Made by a program: the position numbers and the translations under genes. A stretch of DNA of 64,000 nt from Dicyema japonicum (Eukaryota; Animalia; Dicyemida): assembly GCA_011109175.1 (NCBI GenBank), contig RDEW01000020.1, positions 1-64,000 on the forward strand, given 5' to 3'. Positions within the stretch are counted from its first letter, which is position 1. Every line of letters starts with the position of its first letter. A model generated the notes under the pieces. That model was not told the origin of the DNA, did not search any database, and saw only the letters and a program-made list of their open reading frames with translations. Below are positions 63,616-64,000 of the stretch, in pieces.

Positions 63616-64000
63616 ATTAATAATTTTTAATAAAATATCTATAAATTAATTCAGCATTAAAGATATAAATTTATTTATTTATGTGCTTTACTAAATTTAA
63701 TATTCAAAATATTGATTAAAATTGCATTTTTTTCCGTGTGGTCTAAATCTAGTGCTAGTGATTGACTTGTTTAGAACCCTATAATGGAATTACCAGAAAA
63801 CGACATCTCAGGTTTTATTTGAAAGCCCATTACAGTAGAAAATGACAATCAAGAGATTTCAAGCTCAAACGATCATAGTGCGATTGAAAATTTTGAGATT
63901 GAAGATGTGACTAAATTATATGAAGTCTCTGATTTATCTATAATGTCAAGGAGGATGAATTACCTTTAGAAGCCGAGATTGACAGTGACGATTACAACCT

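Overview
AT-rich eukaryotic (animal) genomic DNA with compact genes split by very short spliceosomal introns, almost all 20-30 nt, separated by dense transposon debris. Genes read by hand: RRM1 (14 introns of 21-30 nt, catalytic residues intact), CFAP251/WDR66, NOL10, a HIPK-like kinase, a UBE2J1-like E2 that seems to lack its catalytic Cys, a two-domain C-type lectin, two tandem C2H2 zinc-finger genes and a divergent proteasome beta-like gene. Tiny introns plus a motile-cilia gene best fit a dicyemid mesozoan (inference). Scattered 1-nt deletions in short runs suggest an unpolished long-read contig. Mobile elements: Ingi/Vingi-like LINEs with a degenerate 2A-like motif before the APE domain, RTE LINEs with a partner tRNA-derived SINE, CRE-clade (RLE) retrotransposons including one with an N-terminal PHD finger, pogo/Tigger, Tc1 and hAT transposons, and two three-level nested insertions. 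The best novelty candidate is a ~330-nt non-tRNA SINE that carries the Ingi-like 3' tail and whose 5' ~60 nt can be drawn in the helix order of an HDV-type double pseudoknot (possible atypical self-cleaving ribozyme; untested). No CRISPR array or rRNA was seen. Family assignments come from recalled motifs, not database searches, and fragment coordinates are approximate.
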